Below are positions 36,329 to 48,391 of a stretch of 50,390 nucleotides of DNA, piece by piece. The stretch spans positions 1-50,390 of the forward strand of contig NW_021834270.1 of the NCBI RefSeq assembly GCF_006345805.1, read 5' to 3'. The notes below the pieces were generated by a model. It did not search any database. It was given only the letters and a program-made list of their open reading frames with translations, and was not told the origin of the DNA. Positions within the stretch are counted from its first letter, which is position 1. Each line of letters opens with the position of its first letter. Source of the stretch: Octopus sinensis. Lineage: Eukaryota. The translations under genes and the position numbers were made by a program.

Positions 36329-37336
36329 TTTTATTTTTTAAAAGTGACTAGTAACACATTTAAAATTAAATTCAACAAATTAAATAAAATTTAATATTAT
36401 AAAATTCAATAAAAATGGTTCAGAAAATAATTTGTTAACGAGATAATTCGCTGGTTCCTTCAAACAGTCCATCACTAATCACAAAAAGAGGCCTAATAAG
36501 ATGACTACTTTAGATCTGGACACAACGTCCACAAATACTTATTTGACCATAAACCTGCAATCATTTTATTCTGAACTCATAACTTTTTAAAAGTAGAAAA
36601 AATTATACTGATGTTCTTGATATCAAAACATTTATCTCTTTGGAATGTTTTGCATTCAGGGAACTTATGTGCGGAACTTAATCAAAAGGATTTAAAAATG
36701 AATGGGAAAATCTCCAGAAACACACTGGAACATAGGTCTGATCGTAGAATACAAATACGGTTATCAAATATACCTCACTCGACAAACGCATTTACCAAGA
36801 ATGGAAATTCACCTACGAGATGACGAGATTCTATAATATATGGACATTAAATGGTTGATAAAAATAATTCCACCTAAATCTAAATTTCGAAAACTCCAGA
36901 TCGTTTAAAAATAGGACGTACTTTTTTTGCATTCTAATAATTATGTTCAAGAATGGGAATATTCGTCTCCAAGACCCGTGTTTCGTTATTTTTGTCACTT
37001 CCAGCAACAGATAAACACCTGTTGTTTTTCTAGATCTCTTACGAGTTTAAGTTTTCTGTACATTGGATTAAGTCTTCTAACGTTTAGGGTGCCAATGGGC
37101 TGCCGGATACCAAGCTTGAGAAAGACATTTGTGCAAGAGAATATTTTTACTGTTCGACTAATCTTACCTTTACAAAAAAATTTTAATATTTTTTTAATTA
37201 ATTTTAAATTAATAGTTTTTATTTGAATTTTGGAAATTTCTAAGGAAACAAATCGCGATTGGTTTACTTATTATTATAATAAAAAAACTATTGTAAATAA
37301 ATCTATAATTGAAAACTTGTTTATTCAAAATTATTT

Positions 37337-39635
37337 ATGAATGATAGAATGGAAACTGAGAATAAATCAAATTTATTCAATCATATGAAACAAATGGAAA
37401 AAGACAACATTGTAGAACAACAAGATCTTATTTCAGAACAAAAAAACCAATTAAATATTTTACAAAATGTCCGACAAAAATACTTTTTTAAAGGTTTATA
37501 TTTATTTAGAAAATTTAAGAAATTATTACCCAGGAAGATTTAAGCCATAGTGATGACTCGTCTGGAGTCAAAAAATCGGAAATTATTGCAGATAATTCTA
37601 ACGTAGAAAACAAAATAGACGACATTGCAGTGGGTAAAAACTAACATGATTCAATTCTTAAGGCTCGTCAAAAACATTCGAAGAGATGATTGAACAAGAA
37701 CTGAAAGTTATTTATTAAAATTTTAAATAATAAAGAAAGAACAAAATAAACAAGAACAATTTCCGAAAACCAAAAAATATCCATTTCTAAAAAAAGGCGA
37801 AGGTCTCAAACGATTTGAGGGAAAAAAGAGCTCTCCCATCAAAATTAAAAAACCTTCGTCTAAAAGTGATTACTCAACATGTTCTTCTAATAATTTTACC
37901 GAATCCAAAAATGAAATCTCGAGTATTAACGGTTGATATAATAAATTTCTAAATTTGTTTTCAGAAACTGATAAAGATGAAATACAAAAGGTAAATATTA
38001 TATTTTTAATATAAGGATCTAAAAGAATTTGAAGCAATGGAAGATATATTGGATAGTGTATCATTCGTATCATTGACTCCATCCGTAGCTTCAAAAATTC
38101 ATAAAATGACTCAAGACAGAGTTATTTGTATCTAATTTGATTTTTTTAGATTTCTAGAGAAATATCAGTCAAAAATTACAATAGTTCGAACTACAGTGAT
38201 CACAAAAAGGCAGTTTCAATAAAGAACGAAGAGCCATCAAGCGATTGCAACAGTTTTGAAAGCCAAAGTGATCAGGATACTACGCTGACTGATATGAGAA
38301 AAATTCAGAAGCCAAAATCTTCTTCCGCTATTGTGAAACGTTTTTTTCCACAAATTGACGACGACGAAAAATCTATAAAACATCGGCATGATAAGCCTGA
38401 ATCCAAAAAAATAGTTGCAAACGATACGAAATTAATCGAACAAATGGAACTGCTGGAAACCGAGCAGCAAAAACTAAATAAGACAAATGACGAACTTCAA
38501 TCAATTAAAAGAAGTAAACAGCAAGTTTGTGGAACAAATTATTTATTTAACAGGAGCTGAGTCGTTTAAAACGGGAAATCGCAATGTTTGAAAAAGAGAG
38601 AGACGCAGAGTTGCTTCGATTAAAAAATTACAAAGAAACTGAAATGAATAAAATCAAGTAATCACAAAATCATATTATTTCAAATAGAAAGGAAAGAAAA
38701 CAATTTGATTCTTGGATTAAAACACAGCGAGATACCCCAATTAGATCAGAACGTCAAAAAATTGAAGACCTTGAACACCAAGTATTTAATTAAATTAAGA
38801 TTTAAAAGATTGAAGAAAATCAAAACATTTATAAAACGAAAGAAAAAAGATGGAATTTTAGCTTGATAAGACTAAAAGACAGAATTGATTTTCTAGAGCA
38901 ACAAAATGACGAACTGAAACAGGAAATAAAAATTTGTGAAAGATTTCGCTATCAAAAAGGTAAATTTTTTACTTTATTTTTAGACGATTTAACACAAGAA
39001 AAGAATATAATTAAGCAAACAGAATTATGTGACAAAGCAAATAAATTCATTGATCACACTTCCAACCACCTTCAAACGAAATCTAACGCTATCACTTTTT
39101 CTAACGGAACTAAAAAAATTATCAAAGCCGATGGGAGCTCATATTCAATTCATTATTTTAATGGCGATGAAAAGCACAAATTTAAAGACAAACAAGTGGT
39201 TAGTATCACAATATATATATTCTGAAGGTTTATTATTACTCCGAAACAGGATCAATTCAAATTACTTTGCCAAGTGGTGTGGAGATAACCTCATTTGCAA
39301 AGTAATGCCTCGCTATACATATGTTCAAAGTGGACAAGTAGAACGGAGATGGAAAGATGGAGGAACAGACATATTATTTCCTGATAGAAGCTCGAAATTT
39401 ATATACAAAGACAGAAAACAGATAATGATACAAAATGATGATACTTTTATTCGGGATCTCTCTGGGGGTACAAGAATTGTTCATTTTCCTAGCGGCCGTA
39501 CTGAAATTAACTGTGATAATGTAAAAGTAAGTTATTTTAAATATTAATAATAAATAGAAGAGAATCGATCCCGATGGTAAAATAAAAATTATTAAACCAG
39601 AAAAATACGCTGAAAAATCTGAAATTTCAAAATAA
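37337..39635 (+). CDS. CENPJ: Centriole protein CENP-J/CPAP/SAS-4
   Basis: PFLKKGEGLKRF motif, a coiled coil (REIAMFEKERDAELLRLK..IK..), and C-terminal TCP10/G-box repeats (ITFSNGTKKII..YFNGDEK..VYYYSETG..ITLPSGVEI..SGQVE..HFPSGRTE). Confidence 0.88.
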
Positions 39636-40071
39636 AATGTTTAAACTGATCTACTTTTGTTCTTAAATGAGATTTTTCAAATTTTTTAGTTTATCTAAAA
39701 TACAAGACTAACTTATTATATTTCTATGCATTGATAGCTGTTAACCATTTTCATCAAAAAATAAACCCAATCTAAATTGGCTGTTATAATTAAAAAACGT
39801 AGAAAGACATTGAATAGAATGCCAATATTTAAAAATTTGGTTCACGATAAAATCAAGATTCAAAAAATATTATTTATGGTCTATAATAAATTTAGAAATA
39901 TGTCGAAGAGTCATAATTATATATTTCATATTTTAAAAAACGTAGGAAGACATTGAATAGAATAGCAATATTTCAAAATTTTAAAAATAATTAAATAATC
40001 CAGACAATTAATATTACGTATCTTATCCTTAGTATTGGCCTTGGGAACAAGCAAACAAGAAAAAAACTCAT

Positions 40072-43000
40072 TCAAAAAAGTTTTTCTTTGAAGAGTGAAG
40101 TGTATTCGTTAAGAGCTCCAAACGAAACCCTTGTAAAATTAAAAATAAAATTGAAAAAAAATTTTAATATTAAATAATTTTTAAAGAAATTCAGGAAATA
40201 AATTATTAATTGAAGGATAGATAAAATGATATTCTTTGAGATTTTGTTGATGAACGTAGCGAACATAATCTTCAAGGCACATCCTTTAACGTCAATAGAC
40301 ACGAAAACCTGGCCAAACCACGAACATGTTCCATATTCGAATTAATTTGGACAAAATTTAAATAATCTTCAGCACTCATCATCGATATCTATTGTTTACA
40401 AATATAATTATTACTTTATAGGGAGTATTCATTTCTTCTGGACCAAATGTAATCAGATAAGAAATTATTTTAGCATTTTCAACATCAATCCCATCAAAAT
40501 CCACTTTAATTACTGTTTCCTCGACGATTTGATTTGTAATCAAACTTAATAACTCCAAAAATACAAATAAAACCGAAAAAGATTGAATTCCTTCATTTTT
40601 GAACACGTGTTGATACTGAAATTCAAAATGAGCGAGTTTAAGATCAATTCTAATCGAGAAAAATCTATTTGAATTTTTTGCAATCCGAAAGATTGGATAG
40701 GACGAGAACACATGGTTATTTTCCAAATAAACAAGTCTACTAAGGAGGAAATAAAAAATTCAAGTCTAAAATAAAAAAAATATAATTTATACTGTTTGCT
40801 TATAATTTGCCCACATTTATACATTGAAAGTGTTCCTGAAATAGTTTCTTCAAAATAGTCCTCTAGTTGATTTATAAAACCTGATTTTTGAACGACTGAA
40901 TCAATTTTTCCATTAAAACTAAAAAACAGTTCAGAACAAGTCAAAAACCTCGAATAATTAGACAATTTCATTCCCATAAATATAATTCTTACTTTACTGG
41001 CAAAAATTGACATTAAAATACTTATCTCCTCTTCAACGTGTAAATACAGTGTCTAAATAATGAATATTATAATACTTTATTAGCGGCTAGTATAATCGAG
41101 ATAACCTCACTCGAAATATCATCTTTAAAACTTTCAATAGTCTAAAGATAAAATAATCCGAATTAAAATCTGACCTTATTTATAAGACAGTATAAATCAT
41201 AAACAAAGTTTAGAGTGGCTATATGTAGATTCTGTAATTTAGAAGACCGAGGCGAAGAAACATCACCAATCATATCAATACACTTTAAAATAAATTAATA
41301 TATAAACATATTTATCCATTTTAGAACGAATGAAATTAATATTTTTGGATATTACGTTTTCTGCAATGAGCTTAGACAACCTGGTCGACCCCAAATACTC
41401 ATTTTTGCAATCTCTTATTTGTCTATATTTAATTTATTTTATAAATATAAAATCAGCAAAAAAGCAAAAATTACTTTTTTAATTCCCCAAAAATGCTGTT
41501 GATATCATCAGTAGTATAACATGAACCAAAACGTTTGTCAATAAACGTAGTATTTATAAGATTATTCAATTTTTTAAATTTTCTTGATAAATATGACCCC
41601 TCTACTAATTTGAAAACACCAAAGACCGGTTCTTCCAACCTATAATGTTTTAAATATACAGAAAATACATCGATAATAAAAACGACTCCTTAAATTCATT
41701 TTCTTTAATAACTAATGAAAAACCAATTTCTTTTGTCGATTTCATTTTTGCCAAATTATTACAATTCATATGAATCAAAGTTTTTTCAACAAACTCAAAT
41801 ATGCATTTATGGATCATTGCATATTGTTTCTCAATGTAATCCTTTAAAAGTGGATCTTTTAAAATATTTAATAAAAAACGACCTTTAAAAGCCTTTTTTA
41901 AGATCAGAGACAAATCTACGCACAGTTTTTGTACAACTTTAAACTTGAGACTCAGATCATAAGATTGCAGGACCTCAACAGCCTGACAAATATTTTACGT
42001 AACATGAAACTTGAAAATATGTCAAAGAATCGCCTGAAATGCTCTCAAAGTATAAAATTAAGCATTTCTCAAGTAAATCAGCCTAAAAAATATTTTATTG
42101 ACACAAAACAATTTTCCAGACAGTCAAGCTTCTTTGAATATTTTTTCAAATTCAATTAAACAATTATTCCGATTTACTTTACTATTAAAACAAATTAAAA
42201 ACCTTTTTCTGGATTTTCAACTAAAAATGTTGTATTAGTTGAAAATTTTGTGAATAATTCTTGTATAAAAGAAGGCAGAACATGCCCCAGTTTGACCATC
42301 AGTGTTTTTATTCCGAAAAGAACCAAAGATTGGTCCTTTTTAATAGAAACTTAACTCAAACCTCTTTCAAAACCCCATTTGTAATGATATCAAGGGCACT
42401 TTGTATTATAAACTCGCGGGTATCAGATAAGTGTTGTTTTAGTTCAGAAACTAATAATATATTCTCCAATTTTATATCCTCCAAAAGCACATCTAAATCA
42501 TTTTTCAATCAAAAAAACACAACCTGTTTTTGACAATTCGGAAACTGCGGATAAAAGAGAGGATGAATCTCCTGAACGAAATTGTGCGATGAACCCATCA
42601 ATGATCACAATATTTGTAACCAGTGCATTAATTCTGCGTAAAATAGAGCAATATTCCTAAAATTTTTTAAATAGTACAACATGTGCTCGGGAAAGAACGA
42701 GGTTTGAATGGCTCAAAAGTCCATATAGATCATTACTTCTTTGGTAAGAACTAAAATGTCAGAATATAATAACTGAAAAAACGAAGATTTTAAAGTTTCG
42801 GAGCAATTTTTTAATGTTATCAACTCGTCTAAAAATATTTTTATATTTATTACCTTCAATGTTTTCAAGTTTTAGTGCGTGTGCTATTAATTCTGATTCG
42901 TTGTTTTGTATCTTTAATTTTATGACGGATTATTTACTTCTTTGTGAATTTCCTTGTCGATTATATTTATTGTGCTTGCCAGGTCTGACAAATAGATAGA

Positions 43001-43114
43001 AATTTTTCCCGATTTTATTGCTTCTTCGATAAATTGATCTTTGTCAAATTTTTCATCAGTTAAGTCATTTAAAATTTCTAGACTTTTATATATAACAAGA
43101 TTTACTTTTTGCAT
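40072..43114 (-). CDS. COG5: Conserved oligomeric Golgi complex subunit 5-like; 3' end approximate
   Basis: FDKDQF..ISIYLSDLASTINIIDKEIHKE|IQNNESELIAHA; SYLSRNL; LVDLFIWKITMCSRPI..QIDFSRLELIL; IISYLITFGPEEMNTPY. These follow the order of COG5 motifs as I recall them, with many short introns. Confidence 0.72.
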
Positions 43115-44457
43115 TAAGACTCATTGAGAACGTCACAAGAATATTATTAAAAAATTCAAATAAATTATATTTTATTTTAAAATTATTTAAATCTTTAAGT
43201 ATATTGCCTAAAAATTCATTTCAAACCTGCAAATCAAAATTTGATAAAACACCAGCGTTTTATGCCCCAATATCTCCGATGCCTTCGGTCATTTCTGTGT
43301 AACAATTAATTTTAACATCGCTATATAAAAACTATTACAGGTTTTAGACTTTCGAACCCGTAGAAAAATATATATTTTTAGATCGATTGTATTGTTTGCA
43401 AAATAAAAGATAAACGAATTTTCTATGATTCGATGGATTGTAAAAGACTAAATATTGGGAATAATTATAGAATTGTCACCGCAATTATTTTGAAATTGGT
43501 CGTTGAACTTCTTGAAGATTCTGAAGTGGCCAACTTGCAAGACCAGGAAAGAAGTAAATGACAGAAAACCTACACTTATCAGTGAAACTACAAGCAGATC
43601 ATTATAACTGTGCATCAAATTTATCAGAAAAATAGAAATCAAACCCAATCAAAGTGATAATCAATTAGATAGGAGGATATCAAATGCTAGAAAAACATTT
43701 TCAGGATGTCAATGAGTTTAATGCGCAAAAGAAATAAATCAAAATAGCTTATTGTACATAATCAAGATTGAAAATCATTAAGACACTTTACTGAAGTTAC
43801 ATTTAAACTTAAATAATTTCGAAAAAAACGTTCCGAAAGCAGGTTTAATTCAATATTAATAAATTTTTAGATGCTTTATCGGCAAAAGTCTGTCAACTTG
43901 AGTCTATTTTAATACATTAGATCAGGGGTTCTCAAGTGCGATGTCATTTCAGAGTGCGATGTCTGCAAGTTTTCTTTTCCAATTAAAGTTAAGTCTGTTT
44001 TATTAATGGTTTAGACCAGGGGTTCTCAGGTGCGGCTCCGAAAATCTTTTTTTCGGCCCCGACTTCCAAACTTTAAAATAAATTTTGAATATAAAATTAA
44101 TTTTATCACTTAAAAATTAGTCCTTAATATTTTAACCAGTGGAAAATAAGCATCAGTTATTAACGTTTTATAAAATTAGCTGAGGTCCTTACCCGTCAGC
44201 TAATCAAGTTCTTTACTTTTAAAATAATTTTTTTAAACATTGAAAGAATTTTTATATTATTCTTTTGCTGTCGACACAAGTAAAAATGTCTCTGATACCG
44301 AACAAATGGTCATATGAATTTGAGGAATTTTGCATCAACTCTATGGATCTATTGCTTCTTCTATATCAAAATTTAGACTTTGGAGAGATCAAATAATGCT
44401 CAAACATGAGCGAAAATGAAGCCAACGGTTCATTTGAAAAATATAGGGTTTTCGGAT

Positions 44458-44558
44458 CAATATAATAATTTTTCGAACCAATATAATAATTTTTCGAACC
44501 AATATAATAATTTTTCGAACCAATATAATAATTTTTCGAATCAATATAATAATTTTTA
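44458..44558. repeat. 21-bp tandem repeat (about 4.5 copies) upstream of the DD34E transposase
   Basis: Unit TATAATAATTTTTCGAACCAA. Confidence 0.9.
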
Positions 44559-44601
44559 AATTAAATAAAATTTAAATTTTATTGACCTGAATTTACTGTT
44601 A

Positions 44602-45574
44602 ATGGATTCACATAATCAAAATGCTTCTGAATATTCAATCGAACCAGCGATGGTTCGCCGACAAATAATATCTAATGATGTGAGAGAAAGTATAATAAAC
44701 AAATCTTTGGATGGATATTCAACCAAAGATATTGCTCAACTGTTCGACAAAAAATATCAAACCGTTAACAGTATTTTTAAAAAAATTTTTAAAACGGGGG
44801 GAAGTAATTCCATCTAAACGTGGTGGAGATAGAAGGTCTAAGCTAACAGACGAAATGAAACAAGAATTAGTTGAATATGTTGATGAAGATTGCACCAGAT
44901 CTTTGAAGGATTTGAGCGAATGGATATTTTTCAAATTTAATTTGAAATTATCACTGAGCACCGTCGCCAAGGCTTTAAATTCTTTTCATTATACTCTTAA
45001 AAGAGTTACATTACCAGAAAGAAAAAACTCAGTTTCAACTATAGAAAGCAGAAGACAATATGCAACAGATTTCACAAATTTGGAAGCTTTGCATAATGAT
45101 AAAGCTTTAATATTTTTGGATGAAGTTGACTTTAAGGTCGTTACAAGACCTTCTCGAGGAAGAAGTAAAGCTGGACATTCGGCATATTTATCAGTTTCGG
45201 CATCCCGCAGTCGAAACATATCGGTGGTAGCTGCAATAAATAAATATGGGATGTTATTCCATAAAATTCATGATAAGGCAGTTAACGGAGAAAATTTCAA
45301 AACCGTTTTACTAGAAATAAAAGCATTATGTTTATCGAAAGATATTACTAATCCTATTTTTATTATGGATAATGCGAGGATTCATCACTACCGTGGACTG
45401 GAAAATGATACTGAAGTATCAACTATAATCAGGAAATTTTTGCCACCATACTGTCCATTTTTAAATTCTATTGAAAATGTTTTTTCAATATGGAAAAACT
45501 TGGTAGTCCGTGGTGAAGCCAAGAATGAAATAATAATAATAATAATAATGGTCGATAATGATATATACATTTAA
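44602..45574 (+). mobile_element. IS630-Tc1-mariner DD34E transposase (DDE_3 type), one frameshift, C-terminally truncated
   Basis: HTH region; IFLDEVDF, FIMDNARIHH and FLPPYCPFLNSIENVFS, with 34 residues between the second D and E. An extra A in the run near 44778 splits two ORFs, and the ORF runs into (AAT)n. Confidence 0.9.
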
Positions 45575-45699
45575 TTTTAAAGAGAAAATCATAGGATGAA
45601 TTGAATTTCTTTATCGCGAATAATTGGGAGTTCATCATTGTTAATATTCTCGCTGTCGTTTTCATCAAGGATATTCTTAATACGTGAGATTTTTGCCTC

Positions 45700-46196
45700 G
45701 AAGGTTTTAATGGACCTCATCATGAATGTCGAGGACATTAACGTTGTTCATTTTAATCAAATGCAGAAAATAATTTTTTGATTTTTTGGCGGAAAGGTTT
45801 TAAGGACCTCATCATGTAAGTCGAGGACATCGTAGTTGTTCATTTTAACCAAAATGCAGAAAATTTTTTTTAATTTTTTTTTGGGGGGAAAATTTTAAGG
45901 ACCTCATCATGTAAGTCGAGGACATCGTAGTTGTTTATTTTAACCAAAATGCAGAAAATTTTTTTTTAATTTTTTTTTGGGGGGAAGGTTTTATGGACCT
46001 CATCATGTAAGTCGAGGACATCGTAGTTGTTCATTTTAACCAAAATGCAGAAAATTTTTTTTTACTTTTTTTTTGGGGGAAGGTTTTAAGGACCTCATCA
46101 TGTAAGTCGAGGACATCGTATTGCCAATTTGAAGTTGGTGTGCACACACAGACAGACAGACAGACAGACACACACCATACCATTTTATTATTAAGA
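45700..46196 (-). mobile_element. Helitron-like non-autonomous 5' end with (GTCT)n and five ~95-bp tandem repeats
   Basis: Minus strand A|TCTTAATAATAAAATGG..(GTCT)n followed by repeats containing GGACCTCATCATGTAAGTCGAGGAC (plus-strand starts 45712, 45804, 45899, 45995, 46090). No 3' CTRR was found. Confidence 0.55.
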
Positions 46197-46779
46197 TTAG
46201 TTAAAAATTAATGAAAGTTTCCAATTAATTTATTTTGCTTCTCCGAAAAGAATGGTTAATTATCGATTTGGCCCGACGTTAAAAAACTTGAGAAAGTTTT
46301 CATTAGATGATCTCGCTGTCTGCTAGACTGCGTACGCTGACAAGTTAGTTCCGATACATATATAGATTCAGTTGAACTTTAAATTAAGTTTATTCTGTAG
46401 ATAAAGTTAGCTTTTCTGTTTCAAACAGAAAGCCAGTTATAACAGTCAAATTAAAGACAAAAAAGATTACAGAATGCTTTCTCTACGACAATTCCCAATT
46501 TAAATAATTTCAAATTCGGATGCCAACAGGTTATATAATCTGCATTTTCTCCGCTTTTGTAAATTTCAAATAACTCTACTAGATTATCACAATGTCGATG
46601 ACAGCATCGTATTTCTCTTTTTGGAAAACCTTCTCAAAAATCTATATAGTTACCGCAGGAATCAGATCCAGATATTTAAAAAAAATTTACAAAATACAAA
46701 ATATTTTTACAATAGTTATCTCTATTTTCTTTGACTTTGTAAATAACCTTTATCAAAAATTATGCTTGAAGTCTGAACA

Positions 46780-47188
46780 TGTGAAAAGAACATGACATTT
46801 CAAAAGTGGAGCTACCAAAAATGATGTGACAATGGCTTCGTTGAAAATATGTCATTTTATTGCATCACACATGAAGCCGTATACTGATGGAGAATTATTC
46901 AAAAAGGCAATACAGATATTTGCCAATGAATGTTGTTCTACCACAATACAAGACGTTGCCAGAAAATTAACACTAAGCAATGATACTGTTACGAGAAAAA
47001 TTCAATTAATATCAGAAAATATTAATTATCCAAAAACTCATTACGCATCAGCAGTGGCTGCACTTCGGATTGCAAGCGAGTTACCGGCTTGGAAAATATA
47101 AAAATATATAAAATATTTTTTGTGCGGCCCGCGAAGCTAATCTTAATTATCGATTTGGCCCTTGAGCTAAAAAGGTTGAGAACCCCTG
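46780..47188 (+). mobile_element. Second hAT remnant (GTF2IRD2/ZBED-like N-terminal piece plus intact right TIR)
   Basis: ASLKICHFIASHMKPYTDGE..LSNDTVTRKI; right TIR TTGAGAACCCCTG followed by GTTTAGAT. Confidence 0.8.
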
Positions 47189-48391
47189 GTTTAGATTGTA
47201 TTGTCTACTTTGAGGAAATTTTGATAGTAAAATTTGCTGACAATTTTGTCCCAATACCAAAACAAAAGTAAATATTTTTGAGAATGTCCTACATTTTCAT
47301 TGTTAATACACAATTTCTTTTTAGCATTGGTAGAGAGATTTTAGCTTAATGCCCAGAGCTTTCTCAAAAATCTATTTTCTGGAAAAGATTGCAGAGTCTA
47401 GAAACTTTAAATATTCATTATTTTTATTAATCTTAATATTAAATGGATCTTTTTTATTATAACAACCTGAATTGTTGTCTGTTACCAATTATAGTAGTAT
47501 TGCCTTCACCTTCAATCTAAAACTGTAGGCATCTTCTGAGAACTTTAAGAGGTCCTACTTTATTGTAATGAGATTTCTATCAAAAACGTGGCTATATAAA
47601 GAAAAGGTCGGTTTCCCGTCATGCCGTCATTATTTATATTAATCAAATTAAAGAGTTCTTAAAATATTTGTGATTTTAAATTTTTTTTCATGAGATTGTG
47701 AATTACAGTTGTACTGACGATTTTATTAACATATATTAAGAAATCTGATTTTTCTATATTTTATAGCTAACTTTAAGATCATTATTGAAGAAGCATTAGT
47801 ATCTATTTGAAACACGACTATTTAATCTTCTATATACGCAAAACAGTTAAAAATTGATATCAAAGAATATATGATTCTAAAAGTAGCTGATAGACTAGCA
47901 TGAAATAATTATTTTCCTTTAAGAATAACTTTAGAAATGTTGATCCCGGAATTAAATATTAAACGAAAATAATTTTATAAAACCTACACTGAAATAATCG
48001 TCCACTTTAGGATCATAAATTCAATTAAAAAAATTATATTTAATGAAATTCTCGCTTTATTTTTTAAAATAATCTATGTTGACTGTCATTCTAATTTATC
48101 TGATATATTGTTCTATTTCTAATCTTAGAATATTTCCCATTAAAAATTTGCACAGTTTATAATTATGATTTGATATCTACACCTTTTTGGTATCAAATAT
48201 CCGAAGTGCGATGTCAAACATCATTACTGTGGTTTCTAATATCCGAACTGAGATGTCATGAAAATTATGATTTCTGGCAGGCTTGGACTGATCAACTGAC
48301 CTTCTATAAATCTATCTATGTGACCAAGCGCTCTTTTAATAGGATTAAAACAAAGATTTTTAATTTATTAACCAAAAAACCCAAAAATAAG

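Larger units (their letters stand above)
43923..46300 (+). mobile_element. hAT (Charlie/Buster-like) element with perfect 8-bp TSD CATTAGAT and nested cargo
   Basis: Left TIR CAGGGGTTCTCAA. The right end TTGAGAAAGTTTT is decayed but preceded by the family subterminal ATCGATTTGGCCC. CATTAGAT lies at 43915-43922 and 46301-46308. An internal AVDTSKNVSDTEQ (hAT D-motif) lies near 44268. A second left TIR starts at 44017. Confidence 0.65.

Noticed and set aside
43448-43720. NUMT: hydrophobic minus-strand ORF extendable through in-frame TGA codons read as Trp
   Set aside because: A TAA lies just upstream and no mitochondrial protein motif is recognisable. The plus strand shows a typical 28-nt GT-AG intron (~43843-43870), so a decayed plus-strand nuclear gene is more likely.
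44765-44817. Programmed ribosomal frameshift in the IS630-like transposase
   Set aside because: The needed shift is +1 (one extra A in a homopolymer), whereas IS630 programmed shifts are typically -1. Mutation or a sequencing error is simpler.
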